Source: Actinomycetota bacterium
GTDB lineage: Bacteria; Actinomycetota; Acidimicrobiia; Acidimicrobiales; JAMDDE01
Assembly: GCA_023489235.1 (NCBI GenBank)
Contig: JAMDDE010000009.1
Span: forward strand, 6,439 to 70,438
DNA length: 64,000 nucleotides
Direction of reading: 5' to 3'
Part shown: piece by piece, positions 37,895-49,366 of the stretch
How positions within the stretch are numbered: position 1 is the stretch's first letter
Layout of the letters: each line of letters begins with the position of its first letter
Program-made: the position numbers and the translations under genes
Notes under the pieces: model-generated
Told to the model about the DNA's origin: nothing
What the model saw: the letters and a program-made list of their open reading frames with translations, nothing else
Database searches by the model: none

Positions 37895-38770
37895 TTGTTG
37901 AGCCATTGGATAGCTGGAGCAAGGCCGCGTACCCTTGGTGCTGCAGCTGCTGCAGTGGTTGTCGGTACGGCTGCTGGAGCAACAGAGGGAACGGTAGTGT
38001 GGTGGCGTGCACTTCTCGCACTTGTTGTGGCAGTTGGTATTCAAATAGGAACCAACTACGCCAATGACTACTCGGATGGGAAGCGAGGAGCCGATGCCAA
38101 GCGATCTGGACCAGTCAGGTTGGTAGCTAGTGGCCTTGCTTCGCCTACGGCGGTAAAGAGAGCGGCCATAGTTTCCTTTGCCATAGCTGCGGCGGCCGGT
38201 GCAGTGCTGGCCATAATCGTCAATCCGCTACTGTTCCTGTTTGGTGGGGCATGCATCTTAGCTGGATGGTTTTATACAGGGGGACCTCGACCCTATGGTT
38301 ACATGGGACTTGGGGAGCTGTTCGTATTCATCTTCTTTGGTGTGGCTGCAGTTTGCGGTACGGCATATGTGGTCACCTCTCGTCTGGATCTCGTAGCGTT
38401 GTTGGCCTCGTTGCCGGTTGGTCTATTGGCAACGGCTCTTTTGGTAGTCAACAACTTACGGGATATAGATACAGATGCCAGCTCGGGGAAGAGGACATTG
38501 GCGGTGATGTTAGGGGAGAGGTTGACGCGTAGCTTCTATGTCGGTTGTGTGATAGCTGCTTTCTTGCTGGTTATACCGCTGTGGCCGTATCGCCACTGGG
38601 CATTGTTGTCCTTGCTGGCCTTGGTAGTAGCTATCGTACCGTTGAGGCAGGTAGCCAAGGCCTTTGATGGTATTGATGGACGCAATCGAGAGCTGATAAA
38701 GGCTCTCGGTGCTACTGGAGCTTTACAAATGGCATTTGCATTGCTGCTTGCTGTAGGGCTGGTCATTTAG
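37895..38770 (+). CDS. menA: DHNA polyprenyltransferase
   Basis: ARPRTL, NYANDYSD, YTGGPRPYGY, NNLRDIDTD..GKRTL. Confidence 0.96.
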   Translation: MLSHWIAGARPRTLGAAAAAVVVGTAAGATEGTVVWWRALLALVVAVGIQIGTNYANDYSDGKRGADAKRSGPVRLVASGLASPTAVKRAAIVSFAIAAAAGAVLAIIVNPLLFLFGGACILAGWFYTGGPRPYGYMGLGELFVFIFFGVAAVCGTAYVVTSRLDLVALLASLPVGLLATALLVVNNLRDIDTDASSGKRTLAVMLGERLTRSFYVGCVIAAFLLVIPLWPYRHWALLSLLALVVAIVPLRQVAKAFDGIDGRNRELIKALGATGALQMAFALLLAVGLVI

Positions 38771-38810
38771 CTGACTCCCTCTCTCGGAGACATAGGACAG
38801 GGTTTCATGC

Positions 38811-39887
38811 TTATCTTGGTTCGAGAGAAAGTTCATTTAAGAAGCGGTTCAGAACGTCGATGAACAACTCTGGCTTTTCGAGATGTGCTGCATGACCAGC
38901 TCCAGATATGCTGACGAAACGAGCATTGTTTCCAATCAGGTTGACCATCCGCTGGCCGATGGCGGAGAATTTCTCGTCCCTTTCTCCGGCCATCACGAGA
39001 ACGGGCATGTCGAGTTCCCTCAGGTGCTTCCACAAAGGTTGTTGTGCCCCCGTGCTAGCCAATCTCAAACTAGAGGCCAACCCAGAAGGGGTGTTGGTGC
39101 GTCGGAGGGCTAGGTCCTCTTCGGACACGGGTAGAGTGGCAAAGATGGGTTGTTCTAGCCAACGTTTTAAGAAATTGTCAAGTCGCTTTTGTTGATCATA
39201 AGAGGAGTTCTCGAGAGAGTCGTTGGATTTTCCCTCTCCAGGATCCAGTTGTTCAGCAAGGACGAGATCGGCTGCGTAGCGCCTCTTTCGTTCCTCTGCA
39301 TCCTCTATACCTGGATTGGCCCCGAGCAGCACGAGTGCTCTCACCAAGTTGGCATGGTTGATTGCCAGTTGAAGACAGAACCTTCCGCCCATGGAGTAAC
39401 CTATGTAAACTCCTTGACCAGCTGTTTTGGCAAGCAGAGCTGCCCCATCGACTAGATTTGCCCGTATGTTGCTAGATCCACCATGGCCAGGGGCATCTAT
39501 CAGCATGACTTCGTATGCACTTGCCATTGATTCCGCTATTCTCAGCCATGAAAGGCCTACTTGGGTAAATCCATGAACGAAGATCAGCTTTATCGATCTG
39601 TACTCCCCCTTTTCACTCTGCTCCAAGGAATCATTGGACAGGGTGGTACTGGAGAGCAGCGTGTCGGATGGATCTTGAGCTGTGGGAGATCTGTGATCGG
39701 TGAAAGAGGATTGGTGCTGGGAGGCTGTAGCTGGGTCAGTGGTAATAGAGAGAGTATCTTGGTTCATGGCCCCAGTCCGACAAGTCTCAGGGTCAGGAGA
39801 GCTTGCTACGTACGGAACCGTAGTGGACTCCGATGGTGAGTCATTGTCTTCTTTGACGGGGCAAGCAGTAGATCCAGGTTGACTCAT
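38811..39887 (-). CDS. menH: SHCHC synthase-like alpha/beta hydrolase with a long N-terminal extension
   Basis: HGFTQ, DAPGHG, GYSMGGR, GERDEKF, GHAAHLE; located in the men cluster. Confidence 0.82.
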   Translation of the reverse strand: MSQPGSTACPVKEDNDSPSESTTVPYVASSPDPETCRTGAMNQDTLSITTDPATASQHQSSFTDHRSPTAQDPSDTLLSSTTLSNDSLEQSEKGEYRSIKLIFVHGFTQVGLSWLRIAESMASAYEVMLIDAPGHGGSSNIRANLVDGAALLAKTAGQGVYIGYSMGGRFCLQLAINHANLVRALVLLGANPGIEDAEERKRRYAADLVLAEQLDPGEGKSNDSLENSSYDQQKRLDNFLKRWLEQPIFATLPVSEEDLALRRTNTPSGLASSLRLASTGAQQPLWKHLRELDMPVLVMAGERDEKFSAIGQRMVNLIGNNARFVSISGAGHAAHLEKPELFIDVLNRFLNELSLEPR

Positions 39888-39964
39888 GCCAATGAGACTA
39901 TCTCTGGAATACAGGGCATGAAGATATAGAGGTTAGCGACGTTGGTCGTAGGAGCGTAGAGGGT

Positions 39965-41857
39965 ATGAACGGTACACAGGCCAGCTTTGCTGGTACATTA
40001 GTTGATGAGTGGGCGAGGCTAGGGGTTAGGCATGCTGTGGTTTGTCCTGGGTCACGTTCCACGCCATTGGCTTTGGCTCTGGCAAGAGATGACCGGATCC
40101 ATCTGCACTTGAAATTGGACGAACGCTCTGCTGGCTTTTTCGCTATTGGCTTGGCCAAGGAGGTCAATTCCCCAGTCATTGTTCTCGTAACTAGTGGTAC
40201 AGCTGCTGCTGAATTGCATCCAGCAGTTCTAGAAGCTCATCATGGTCGCACACCGTTAATTGTGTGTACAGCAGATCGCCCGCCAAGGCTGCATCATGTT
40301 GGCGCCCCTCAAACTGCAGAACAGTCGCGGCTCTATGGGGATGCTGTATCGTTCTTCTTTGAGCCTGGGTTGCAGCTAGCTAGTACCTCTAGGCATTGGT
40401 GGAGGTCTTTGGCCTCCAGGGCTTATCTGGAGTCCATGCATGGTGCGTTAGGCAGGGGGCCTGTTCACCTGAACATTGCCTTCGACGACCCTTTGCTCGA
40501 AGAGCCAGAGGAGCTGCCGACTAGTCGTAGGGGTATGGGTTGGCATCGTCGTTTGACAGCTGCTGGGCATACGCCGGAGGTTTTGTTGGAGTTATTGGCG
40601 ACCGTCCGTAAAGGAGTTATCGTTGCAGGAGCTGACAGCGGTGATCCCTTGGCCATGCATGAGTTTGCTCGTTTAGCGGGGTGGCCTGTGCTCGCCGACC
40701 CTAGGTCGAGGGCACGCCTTTCTCTGCCTACTACCGTGGCAGCTGCGGATGCAATCTTGCGCAGCAAGAGATTTACCGAGATCGCTAGGCCAGAGGTTGT
40801 GTTCCGCATCGGTGATCCATGGGCGTCGAAAGTAATTGCAGAGTGGCTAGAGCAATTGCTCGTTTTCGATGTACCTCAGGTGGTGGTGCATTCTTCGAGA
40901 AGGTGGCCTGATCCCATGCGCTCCGCATCATTCTTCTCGGATATCGAACCATCGACCATGTTCCAAGAGGCAATTGTCCGTCTAGGCGCAGATGGTCACA
41001 GAGACAACAAAGAGTTGGCGAGGAGGGACGAGCATGACAACGATTCCACTACCCCTGATTGGTTGGGGTTATGGCAGGTTGCTGAGCAAACCGCTCAGCA
41101 GGTATTCGAAGAGATGCTCGAGGAGGGTGGAGATGTCAACGAACCCAAGGTCGCTCGTTGGCTCTTTGCCAATTTAACCAGTTCCGACTTATTATTTTTG
41201 TCTTCATCGATGCCTGTGCGCGATGTGGAGTACTTTGGTCCTCCTCGCTCTGATCCGCTTGTAGTGGAATCCAATAGAGGTGTCAATGGCATAGATGGGG
41301 TTATCTCCACTATCCTCGGCCTAGCTACCGCCCGTCAGTTGGACCAGGCGAGGTACTCGAAGGGCCTGGAGGAGAGTACAGGGTCCACCGAAGGTCGACG
41401 TCGTATCCCTATCCATGATGAAGGCGGAGGCAGCGGTGGGGGCAGGGTTGTTGGTTTGGTAGGTGATCTTGCATTTCTCCACGATGTATCTGGTTTGGTT
41501 GGTCCTGGAGCGGTAGGAGTGGATGCCACCATCATCGTCTTTGGCAACGGAGGTGGTGGTATATTTTCCCTTCTCCCTCAAGGGAAGCTGTTGGAGAAGG
41601 AGGTGTTCGATAAGCTCTTTCTTACTCCCCCCGAAGCAGATGTCGTATCGGTGGCTAGAGGGTTCAAAGTTGATGTGGAGGCTGTGTCTGACATGGATGA
41701 GTTGATGAAGACATTTCACGAACCGAGTGAAGGCCTGCGGGTTATTTATGTAGAGGTACCTTCACCGGTAGAGAATGCAGCTATCCACGAAGAGTTGAAC
41801 TTCAAGGTAGTAGAGGCGATAGAGGAAGCTAGCAACAAAGGTGTGATAGATGCCTAG
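39965..41857 (+). CDS. menD: SEPHCHC synthase
   Basis: CPGSRSTPL, DERSAGF, TSGTA, TADRP, SSMPVRD, NRGVNGIDG, GDLAFLHD. Confidence 0.96.
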   Translation: MNGTQASFAGTLVDEWARLGVRHAVVCPGSRSTPLALALARDDRIHLHLKLDERSAGFFAIGLAKEVNSPVIVLVTSGTAAAELHPAVLEAHHGRTPLIVCTADRPPRLHHVGAPQTAEQSRLYGDAVSFFFEPGLQLASTSRHWWRSLASRAYLESMHGALGRGPVHLNIAFDDPLLEEPEELPTSRRGMGWHRRLTAAGHTPEVLLELLATVRKGVIVAGADSGDPLAMHEFARLAGWPVLADPRSRARLSLPTTVAAADAILRSKRFTEIARPEVVFRIGDPWASKVIAEWLEQLLVFDVPQVVVHSSRRWPDPMRSASFFSDIEPSTMFQEAIVRLGADGHRDNKELARRDEHDNDSTTPDWLGLWQVAEQTAQQVFEEMLEEGGDVNEPKVARWLFANLTSSDLLFLSSSMPVRDVEYFGPPRSDPLVVESNRGVNGIDGVISTILGLATARQLDQARYSKGLEESTGSTEGRRRIPIHDEGGGSGGGRVVGLVGDLAFLHDVSGLVGPGAVGVDATIIVFGNGGGGIFSLLPQGKLLEKEVFDKLFLTPPEADVVSVARGFKVDVEAVSDMDELMKTFHEPSEGLRVIYVEVPSPVENAAIHEELNFKVVEAIEEASNKGVIDA

Positions 41858-43136
41858 TCTCTTTGCCGATCTTCAGTTCAGGGGGCTTGTTCATCAGATG
41901 AGCGACCCTAGTTTGGCTGCTAAGCTTGATGGAGGTGGTCTAGTGGCCTACATCGGATTCGATCCTACCTCCGATAGTTTACATGTTGGCAGCTTGCTCC
42001 AGCTGTGTCTACTGAAGAGATTGCAGGAGGGTGGTCATCAACCTATAGCGCTTGCTGGTGGTGGAACCGGGATGATAGGGGATCCTAGCGGGAAATCCCA
42101 GGAGAGACCCTTGCTCGAGCCAGAAGAACTGGATGCCAATGTCGCAGGTATAAGAGCTCAGCTTTCTCGCTTCCTCGACTTCTCTCCCAATTCCTCTACG
42201 ACACGAGCTTTGTTATTGGACAATCGGGTATGGCTGGAACCGTTGGGCCTCATCTCTTTCTTGCGAGATATAGGCAAGCACTTCACCGTCAATCAGATGA
42301 TATCCAAGGAGTCTGTACGGGCTAGATTGGAAAGGCCCGAGACGGGGGTCTCCTTTACTGAGTTCAGCTACATGCTTCTGCAGGCCTATGATTTCTTGTA
42401 CTTATTCGATCACTACAACTGTCGTCTGCAGTTGGGGGCCTCTGATCAATGGGGCAACATAACTATGGGCATAGACTTGATTCGTCGAGTGAGGGAAGCC
42501 ACAGCTTGGGGTCTTACCACTCCTTTAGTGGTTAAACCGGATGGAAGCAAATTTGGTAAAACAGAGTCTGGGGTAGTGTGGCTGGACCCATCGAAAACAA
42601 GTCCTTACCAGTTCTACCAGTTTTTCTTGAGAACCGAGGATTCTGTAGTGGGTACGTATCTCCGCTATTTCACCTTTCTCGATCATGAAGAGATCCTTGC
42701 CTTGGAGGAGTCGGTCAAGTCTCATCCAGAGAGACGAGAGGCTCAAAGGGTTTTAGCTCGTGAGGTGTGTACGCTGGTCCATGGCGATTCTGCCACCCAT
42801 CAAGCAGAGATGGCTTCTCAAGCTCTTTTCTCTACCGAGGTTGATCAACTAGAAGAGGAAACCCTGTTGGAGGTGTTCAAAGAGGCCCCTTCCACTACAT
42901 TGCCCAAGTCGTTCTTGGATGGAAGTCCCAGCATGAGTGATGCCTTTGTTCTCACCGGACTTGCGCCTTCCAAGAAGATGGCCCGTACGGTCATCTCTCA
43001 AGGAGGTGGATACTTGAACAACCGGCGCGTAACTGATTCCTCCCGGCCTTTGGGGCCTGGTGATCTCCTATGCGGACGGTACATGATTTTGCGCAAAGGC
43101 CGTAAAGAGCATCACTTGATTCGCTTCGAGTCGTAA
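41850..43136 (+). CDS. tyrS: Tyrosine--tRNA ligase
   Basis: GFDPTSDSLHVG, EFSYMLLQAYD, DQWGN, KFGKT, C-terminal S4-like domain. Confidence 0.98.
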   Translation: MPSLFADLQFRGLVHQMSDPSLAAKLDGGGLVAYIGFDPTSDSLHVGSLLQLCLLKRLQEGGHQPIALAGGGTGMIGDPSGKSQERPLLEPEELDANVAGIRAQLSRFLDFSPNSSTTRALLLDNRVWLEPLGLISFLRDIGKHFTVNQMISKESVRARLERPETGVSFTEFSYMLLQAYDFLYLFDHYNCRLQLGASDQWGNITMGIDLIRRVREATAWGLTTPLVVKPDGSKFGKTESGVVWLDPSKTSPYQFYQFFLRTEDSVVGTYLRYFTFLDHEEILALEESVKSHPERREAQRVLAREVCTLVHGDSATHQAEMASQALFSTEVDQLEEETLLEVFKEAPSTTLPKSFLDGSPSMSDAFVLTGLAPSKKMARTVISQGGGYLNNRRVTDSSRPLGPGDLLCGRYMILRKGRKEHHLIRFES

Positions 43137-43204
43137 CCTCAGGAGCTGCAAGCCTTGGTTTGCGCTGATGGTTCGAACTAGTTAACTGAAAAGAATGAGC
43201 GACA

Positions 43205-43723
43205 TTGATGAGAATGAGTAGCTATAAGCGGGGGGCTGTCCGAGTAGGAGCTACCTTCTTAGTGGCCATGGTGCTGGCCATCAGTTCTAGTTCCTGCAGT
43301 GCCAGGACAGATATGAAAGGGTCTTTGAGTTCCAGAGTGAGCGCTTGGGCTGCTGCTTCTTCGTTTACAGCCAGAGTAGCGGAGTTACAGCGTGATGCAA
43401 AAACGATTGCCAAGTTAGCAGGTGAGAACAACCAAAAGGGAGTGCGAACCCTCTGTGAGGTCATGGGAATCGATGCCCGAAAGGCTAACGATTCATTGCC
43501 CGCTCCGAGCGAGCAGCTGAGCTCCCTGCTTGCCAGTGCTTACTCTGCTATTTATAAGTGGGCGGTTAGTTGCTATATGGAATCTACCGAACATCGATCA
43601 GGGGTGATGGCCGCAGAGAGTGCCCCAGAACAATCCGTACTAACTGAGCTCGGCCGGGCGATCGTAGCAGAGAAAGCACTTGCCCTACTGGGTGAAGGTT
43701 CACCGTCTAGGCGGCAACAGTAA
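43205..43723 (+). CDS. Hypothetical secreted protein or lipoprotein
   Basis: Basic N-terminus, hydrophobic stretch, then SSSC. Confidence 0.55.
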   Translation: MMRMSSYKRGAVRVGATFLVAMVLAISSSSCSARTDMKGSLSSRVSAWAAASSFTARVAELQRDAKTIAKLAGENNQKGVRTLCEVMGIDARKANDSLPAPSEQLSSLLASAYSAIYKWAVSCYMESTEHRSGVMAAESAPEQSVLTELGRAIVAEKALALLGEGSPSRRQQ

Positions 43724-43758
43724 GAGGATAAAGGATAAAAAATATTGCCTCTTGATGG

Positions 43759-43992
43759 TCAAGTGTTTTCATTTGGTCGAGGACGCAGATCTATGCGAAG
43801 TGTAAGTATGCCATCTTCAAGGGAGGCTTGGGCATCTCCGATCATGGCGAAATCCATGTAATCAATCTGTGCTTGCTCTATGAAACGCCGTCGTTCGGGT
43901 CCCTCGACCGGGGGAATTGTCCGATTCCGTACGGCCTCTGCTCGTTGCCTGAATCTTACCACCATTGCCTCTGGATCGAACTGGTCAGCCAC
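43759..43992 (-). CDS. Small hypothetical protein co-oriented with nfuA
   Basis: GGAGG RBS just after the nfuA stop; LEDGILTLRID C-terminus. Confidence 0.7.
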   Translation of the reverse strand: MADQFDPEAMVVRFRQRAEAVRNRTIPPVEGPERRRFIEQAQIDYMDFAMIGDAQASLEDGILTLRIDLRPRPNENT

Positions 43993-44001
43993 AGTTGCCT
44001 C

Positions 44002-44664
44002 CTAAGCGTAAGGATGAGTGCCACGTGCATGATCAGTGACGTCGACCACCTCTTCTATGTCTGGGACAGCTTCTTTGATAGCTACTTCGATACCTTGGCT
44101 CAAAGTCATGCGGGCAAGGCCACAACCTTGACAGCCACCTTCTAACTGCAGATAGACCGTAGTCTCACGAACCCCAACCAAAGAGGCATATCCTCCATGT
44201 GCAGCTATGGCAGGATTGACTCGTTCATCCAAGACAGCCTGTACTCGATGGGCCAGATCGTTGTCCAAGTCACCTACGTCTAACAGCTCTTTGAGTCCGC
44301 TAACATCACTGTTGAGCGGCGTATTGGGATTGATTATTACCATGCCCGCCTCCTCTCCGCTACCCGAGACATCTAGGCGAGCACCCCTTAATTTATCCAC
44401 ACTACTGCGTGGTATGACCAACGCTAAGTTGTCCTCTAGTTGCTCAATGACATCGGAACTGTCTGCATCCGAAACAGCCTGAAAATAAAGGTCGTATGTG
44501 TAATGGCCTTGGCTGATACCTGCAACTTCAACCCATAGTCCAAGGTTGGCGGCATCCGGTTCTTCTGCCAGCGCCGTCATTACCATCTCTGCGGCTGCTG
44601 GCGACACGGTCATTACTGTGGTTTTCTCGGGGCTGTCTACATCCATCGATGAATTATGCATCAA
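44002..44664 (-). CDS. nfuA: NfuA-type Fe-S biogenesis protein
   Basis: Cys-less A-type carrier-like N-domain plus NifU-C domain VNPAIAAHGG...GGCQGC...VTDH. Confidence 0.88.
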   Translation of the reverse strand: MMHNSSMDVDSPEKTTVMTVSPAAAEMVMTALAEEPDAANLGLWVEVAGISQGHYTYDLYFQAVSDADSSDVIEQLEDNLALVIPRSSVDKLRGARLDVSGSGEEAGMVIINPNTPLNSDVSGLKELLDVGDLDNDLAHRVQAVLDERVNPAIAAHGGYASLVGVRETTVYLQLEGGCQGCGLARMTLSQGIEVAIKEAVPDIEEVVDVTDHARGTHPYA

Positions 44665-45040
44665 ATTCAGTATAAACCCAAGTCCTAATCGTTATACGCT
44701 ACTACAGTGGAATTTTGGTACTTGTCCCTATGAAGTGAGGCCCTCACCATCTGCAACTCATTGCAAGCTTTCCAGTTCGCAAGCGTTGTATGGCAAAATC
44801 AACCTGTTAGACGAGAGAGGTCGAATCCAAGTAGAGTTAGATGCTGGTGGTTAGATCTGGACGGTGAGTGACGAACTCGTATCTGATGCATCTGTGGTCA
44901 AGTTAGAACCAGGGAGGTTCAGATAGGTTCAGAGAGATTGGATTCTTGTCGGGACAACTACTGCCCAGTTCTATCTTGTAGGGATAACCTACCAGTAGAG
45001 GCGGCTAACTAATCCATTCAAAGGCGAGGAGGATAGGCAG

Positions 45041-46456
45041 ATGGTTGAGGAGCAGAGTGCTCGAGCTGGATTCAGGGTCGAGTCCGATAGCATGGGCAAA
45101 ATAGAGGTTCCTGCTGATCACTATTGGGGAGCTCAGACGCAGCGGTCTTTGGAACACTTCTCCATCGGTTTCGACCGTATGCCCATTCAAGCCTGTCATG
45201 CCCTGGGTCTACTCAAGAAGGCAGCAGCCTTGGTCAATGCAGAACTGGGCAAGCTTCCTGAAGATATAGCCAAACTAATTGTTCAAGCTGCTGAAGAAGT
45301 AGCTTCAGGACAGCTGGATGACGAGTTCCCCTTGTTCGTATGGCAGACTGGTTCAGGAACTCAAACGAACATGAACGTCAATGAGGTCATATCCAATCGA
45401 GCCATAGAGCTCGCGGGTGGGGTAATGGGCAGCAAGTCGCCTGTCCACCCTAATGACCATGTGAACATGGCCCAGTCATCGAACGACACCTTTCCTACGG
45501 CCATGCATATAGCAGCAGTAATAGAGCTAGAAGAGCACTTGTTGCCCTCGGTTAAGCGTTTGAGAGATTCTTTACAGGCTAAATCGGAAGAGTTCAAAGA
45601 TATTGTCAAGATAGGAAGAACGCATTTGCAGGACGCTGTGCCTCTGACCCTTGGCCAGGAGTGGTCAGGCTATGTAGCGCAAGTAGATGATTGTATAAAA
45701 CGCATAAAAGAAACCGAAGCGGGACTGTATGAATTGGCCATAGGGGGAACGGCAGTGGGGACGGGCCTCAATGCCCCAGAGGGATTCGGTGAAGCTGTAG
45801 CAGCCAAACTAGCTGAGTTCACTGGTTACCCGTTCAAGTCTGCTCCTAACAAGTTTGCTGCCCTTGCAAGCCATGATGCGATGGTGGCCTCCAGTGGTTC
45901 TCTCAAGACCTTGGCAGTTGCACTCATGAAGATAGCAAATGATCTGCGCTGGCTCGGCTCGGGTCCCAGGTCTGGCCTCGGCGAGTTGATCTTGCCGGCA
46001 AACGAACCTGGTTCTTCAATCATGCCTGGCAAGGTAAATCCTACTCAAGCTGAAGCCATGACTATGATAGCCTGCCAGGTCATGGGGAACGATGTCACCG
46101 TTTCCATAGCTGGATCTCAAGGTAATTTTGAGCTGAATGTCTTCAAACCTGTTATTTTCTTCAACTGGTTCCAGTCAGCCAGACTTCTCTCCGATGCCTG
46201 CGATAACTTCCGTAAGTACATGGTAGAGGGTACGGAGGCCAATAAGGCTAGGATTGCTGAACTGGTTGAACGATCGTTGATGCTCGTTACTGCCCTCTCT
46301 CCTGAAATTGGCTACGACAAGGCTGCTGAAATCGCTCATAAGGCATTGGTCGAGGGTACTACGCTCAAAGAAGCCACTTTGTCTCTCGGATATTTGAGCG
46401 CTGAACGGTACGATGAGATAGTACGACCGGAGGCCATGGTCAGGCCAGGAGATTAA
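45041..46456 (+). CDS. fumC: Class II fumarate hydratase
   Basis: [46 protein letters not shown]. Confidence 0.98.
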   Translation: MVEEQSARAGFRVESDSMGKIEVPADHYWGAQTQRSLEHFSIGFDRMPIQACHALGLLKKAAALVNAELGKLPEDIAKLIVQAAEEVASGQLDDEFPLFVWQTGSGTQTNMNVNEVISNRAIELAGGVMGSKSPVHPNDHVNMAQSSNDTFPTAMHIAAVIELEEHLLPSVKRLRDSLQAKSEEFKDIVKIGRTHLQDAVPLTLGQEWSGYVAQVDDCIKRIKETEAGLYELAIGGTAVGTGLNAPEGFGEAVAAKLAEFTGYPFKSAPNKFAALASHDAMVASSGSLKTLAVALMKIANDLRWLGSGPRSGLGELILPANEPGSSIMPGKVNPTQAEAMTMIACQVMGNDVTVSIAGSQGNFELNVFKPVIFFNWFQSARLLSDACDNFRKYMVEGTEANKARIAELVERSLMLVTALSPEIGYDKAAEIAHKALVEGTTLKEATLSLGYLSAERYDEIVRPEAMVRPGD

Positions 46457-47227
46457 GTGAGCGCTTCGCGTCCAGATGGGCCCCTGGGAGGAGGCTTCTA
46501 TCATCCTCCGAAACCGGACACCCTTCCTGGCAAGGGTAAGCTGCTTATTGCTTCACCGGCACTGCCAGATCCAAACTTTGATCGTAGTGTAGTACTTCTC
46601 CTAGAGCACGGCGAGGAAGGGACCTTGGGTTTGATCCTCAACCGTCCTAGCGAAGTGCGCCTCTCTACGGCTTTACCTCAATGGGAGCACTTGGCAGTGG
46701 AGCCGAGCGTTGTATTCGTGGGTGGTCCAGTCTCCCCTGGAGCTGCCATTTGCCTTGGTCGCTATGGAGATGTGGATGGCAGTGAAGAGCCTAGGAGGAA
46801 AGGGGAGAGTGCCGGGAGCGAACAGCCAGATCTCAAGATACCAAAGGAGTTCTCTAATGAAAGTGATGAAGGTAGATATACTTTTCTAGAAGATGACTCT
46901 TTTGAAGATGGCTTTTCGGACAGAGGGTCCGAGGGACGACGGGGCTGGAGAGGTTTATTCGGCAACCTTGGAGTACTAGATCTAAGCATGGACCCCATAG
47001 ATCTAGCGCCAGGGCTGCAGGGCATACGGGTGTATTCAGGGTATGCAGGATGGGCGCCAGAGCAACTGGACAGCGAGATATCGGCTGGCGCATGGTTTGT
47101 AGTGCCAGCCCTCGATGAGGACATCTTCTTCACAAATCCAGGTGAACTCTGGAGGTCCGTGCTGCGCCGACAGAAAGGAAATTTGCGGCTACTAGCCAAC
47201 TATCCTGAAGACTTGTCTTCCAACTGA
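46457..47227 (+). CDS. YqgE/AlgH family protein
   Basis: LLIASP.LPDPNFDRSV, GLILNRP, GGPV, GYAGW..EQL; acidic internal insertion. Confidence 0.92.
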   Translation: MSASRPDGPLGGGFYHPPKPDTLPGKGKLLIASPALPDPNFDRSVVLLLEHGEEGTLGLILNRPSEVRLSTALPQWEHLAVEPSVVFVGGPVSPGAAICLGRYGDVDGSEEPRRKGESAGSEQPDLKIPKEFSNESDEGRYTFLEDDSFEDGFSDRGSEGRRGWRGLFGNLGVLDLSMDPIDLAPGLQGIRVYSGYAGWAPEQLDSEISAGAWFVVPALDEDIFFTNPGELWRSVLRRQKGNLRLLANYPEDLSSN

Positions 47228-47562
47228 AACTCCGTCTTCGACTCCTGGCCTACGATGCTGCTAGGAACGATCAACAAGTATCATGAAAGGCATCTAGTTT
47301 TGGCAACGAAACTGTTCCAGGGGAGCTACGTAACTTTGTGCATAACATAGCAACTGTATATATGGCCTACCTCGTACCCCTTGGTGTTGCGACAAAATAG
47401 CTCGGTATTCATCCGGGTGCTTTACACAGTGGAACGATAGACCGTATTGCTCCGGTCGAATAGTCTCAGGTAAGCAACTGTATGTGCAAGGGAACTCGCC
47501 TAAAATGTGATAGTTGGAGAGATGCATTGGTAGATAGTCGAGCAAAGCGCTAGCTTCGCTAT

Positions 47563-48342
47563 ATGCCTGAAGAAGTTCTTTATGACGTGTCCAATGAGGT
47601 GGCCAAGCTGACTATCAATAGGCCTGAACGAGCCAATGCGATGTCATTTGATGTGATGACCCAGATGCGTTATGCGCTCCACCAGGCCAAGGTTGACTCA
47701 GGTGTCAAGGTGGTCATCCTCCAAGGAGCCGGGGACAAAGCCTTTTGTTCCGGTGCAGATTTGATGCGAATGTCCGAGGATGTTGGATTGGTAGCGATGC
47801 AGGAAGCCAGGGGTGAGCTGGTTGGGTTGTTCGAGGATCTGTGGAGTCTTGGTAAGCCAACGATTGCTAGGGTCCAAGGGTTTGCTTTAGCTGGTGGTTT
47901 TGGACTGGCGCTAGCGTGCGATATGGTGATTGCCTCTGAAGGAGCTCGTTTTGGGACACCTGAAGTGAATGTAGGGTTATGGCCGTATATGATCACCGTG
48001 CCGCTCATTCGCTCCATGCCCCCGAAGAAGGCCTTGGAGTTGATGCTTACTGGTCGGCTGGTAGATGCAGAGGAAGCTAGTCGTATAGGCTTTGTGAATA
48101 AAGTAGTGCCGGCTGCGGAGTTGGATGCAGCGGTAGAGGAGATGGCGTTTGCATTGGCGAGTAAGTCTCCCGTAGTGATGAAACTTGGTCGTAGCTCGTT
48201 TTACCAGGTTCTGGAGATGAGTGCAGACCAAGCCTTGCCCTATCTGCAGTCGTTGTTGACGCTTACGTCCTTGACTGAGGATGCCAAGGAGGGCATGGCA
48301 GCCTTCATTGCTAAGAGACAGCCGAACTGGGTTGGAAGGTAG
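47563..48342 (+). CDS. Enoyl-CoA hydratase/isomerase
   Basis: NRPERANA, AFCSGADL, AGGFGLALACD, FGTPE. Confidence 0.93.
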   Translation: MPEEVLYDVSNEVAKLTINRPERANAMSFDVMTQMRYALHQAKVDSGVKVVILQGAGDKAFCSGADLMRMSEDVGLVAMQEARGELVGLFEDLWSLGKPTIARVQGFALAGGFGLALACDMVIASEGARFGTPEVNVGLWPYMITVPLIRSMPPKKALELMLTGRLVDAEEASRIGFVNKVVPAAELDAAVEEMAFALASKSPVVMKLGRSSFYQVLEMSADQALPYLQSLLTLTSLTEDAKEGMAAFIAKRQPNWVGR

Positions 48343-49323
<981 letters not shown>

Positions 49324-49366
49324 TCACGGAGCACAGCCAGTGCAGTTACAGGAAACGCGATATTAG

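Noticed and set aside
47294..47545. 83-aa minus-strand ORF in the yqgE-hydratase gap
   Set aside because: No motif, no clear RBS and atypical composition; cannot be supported
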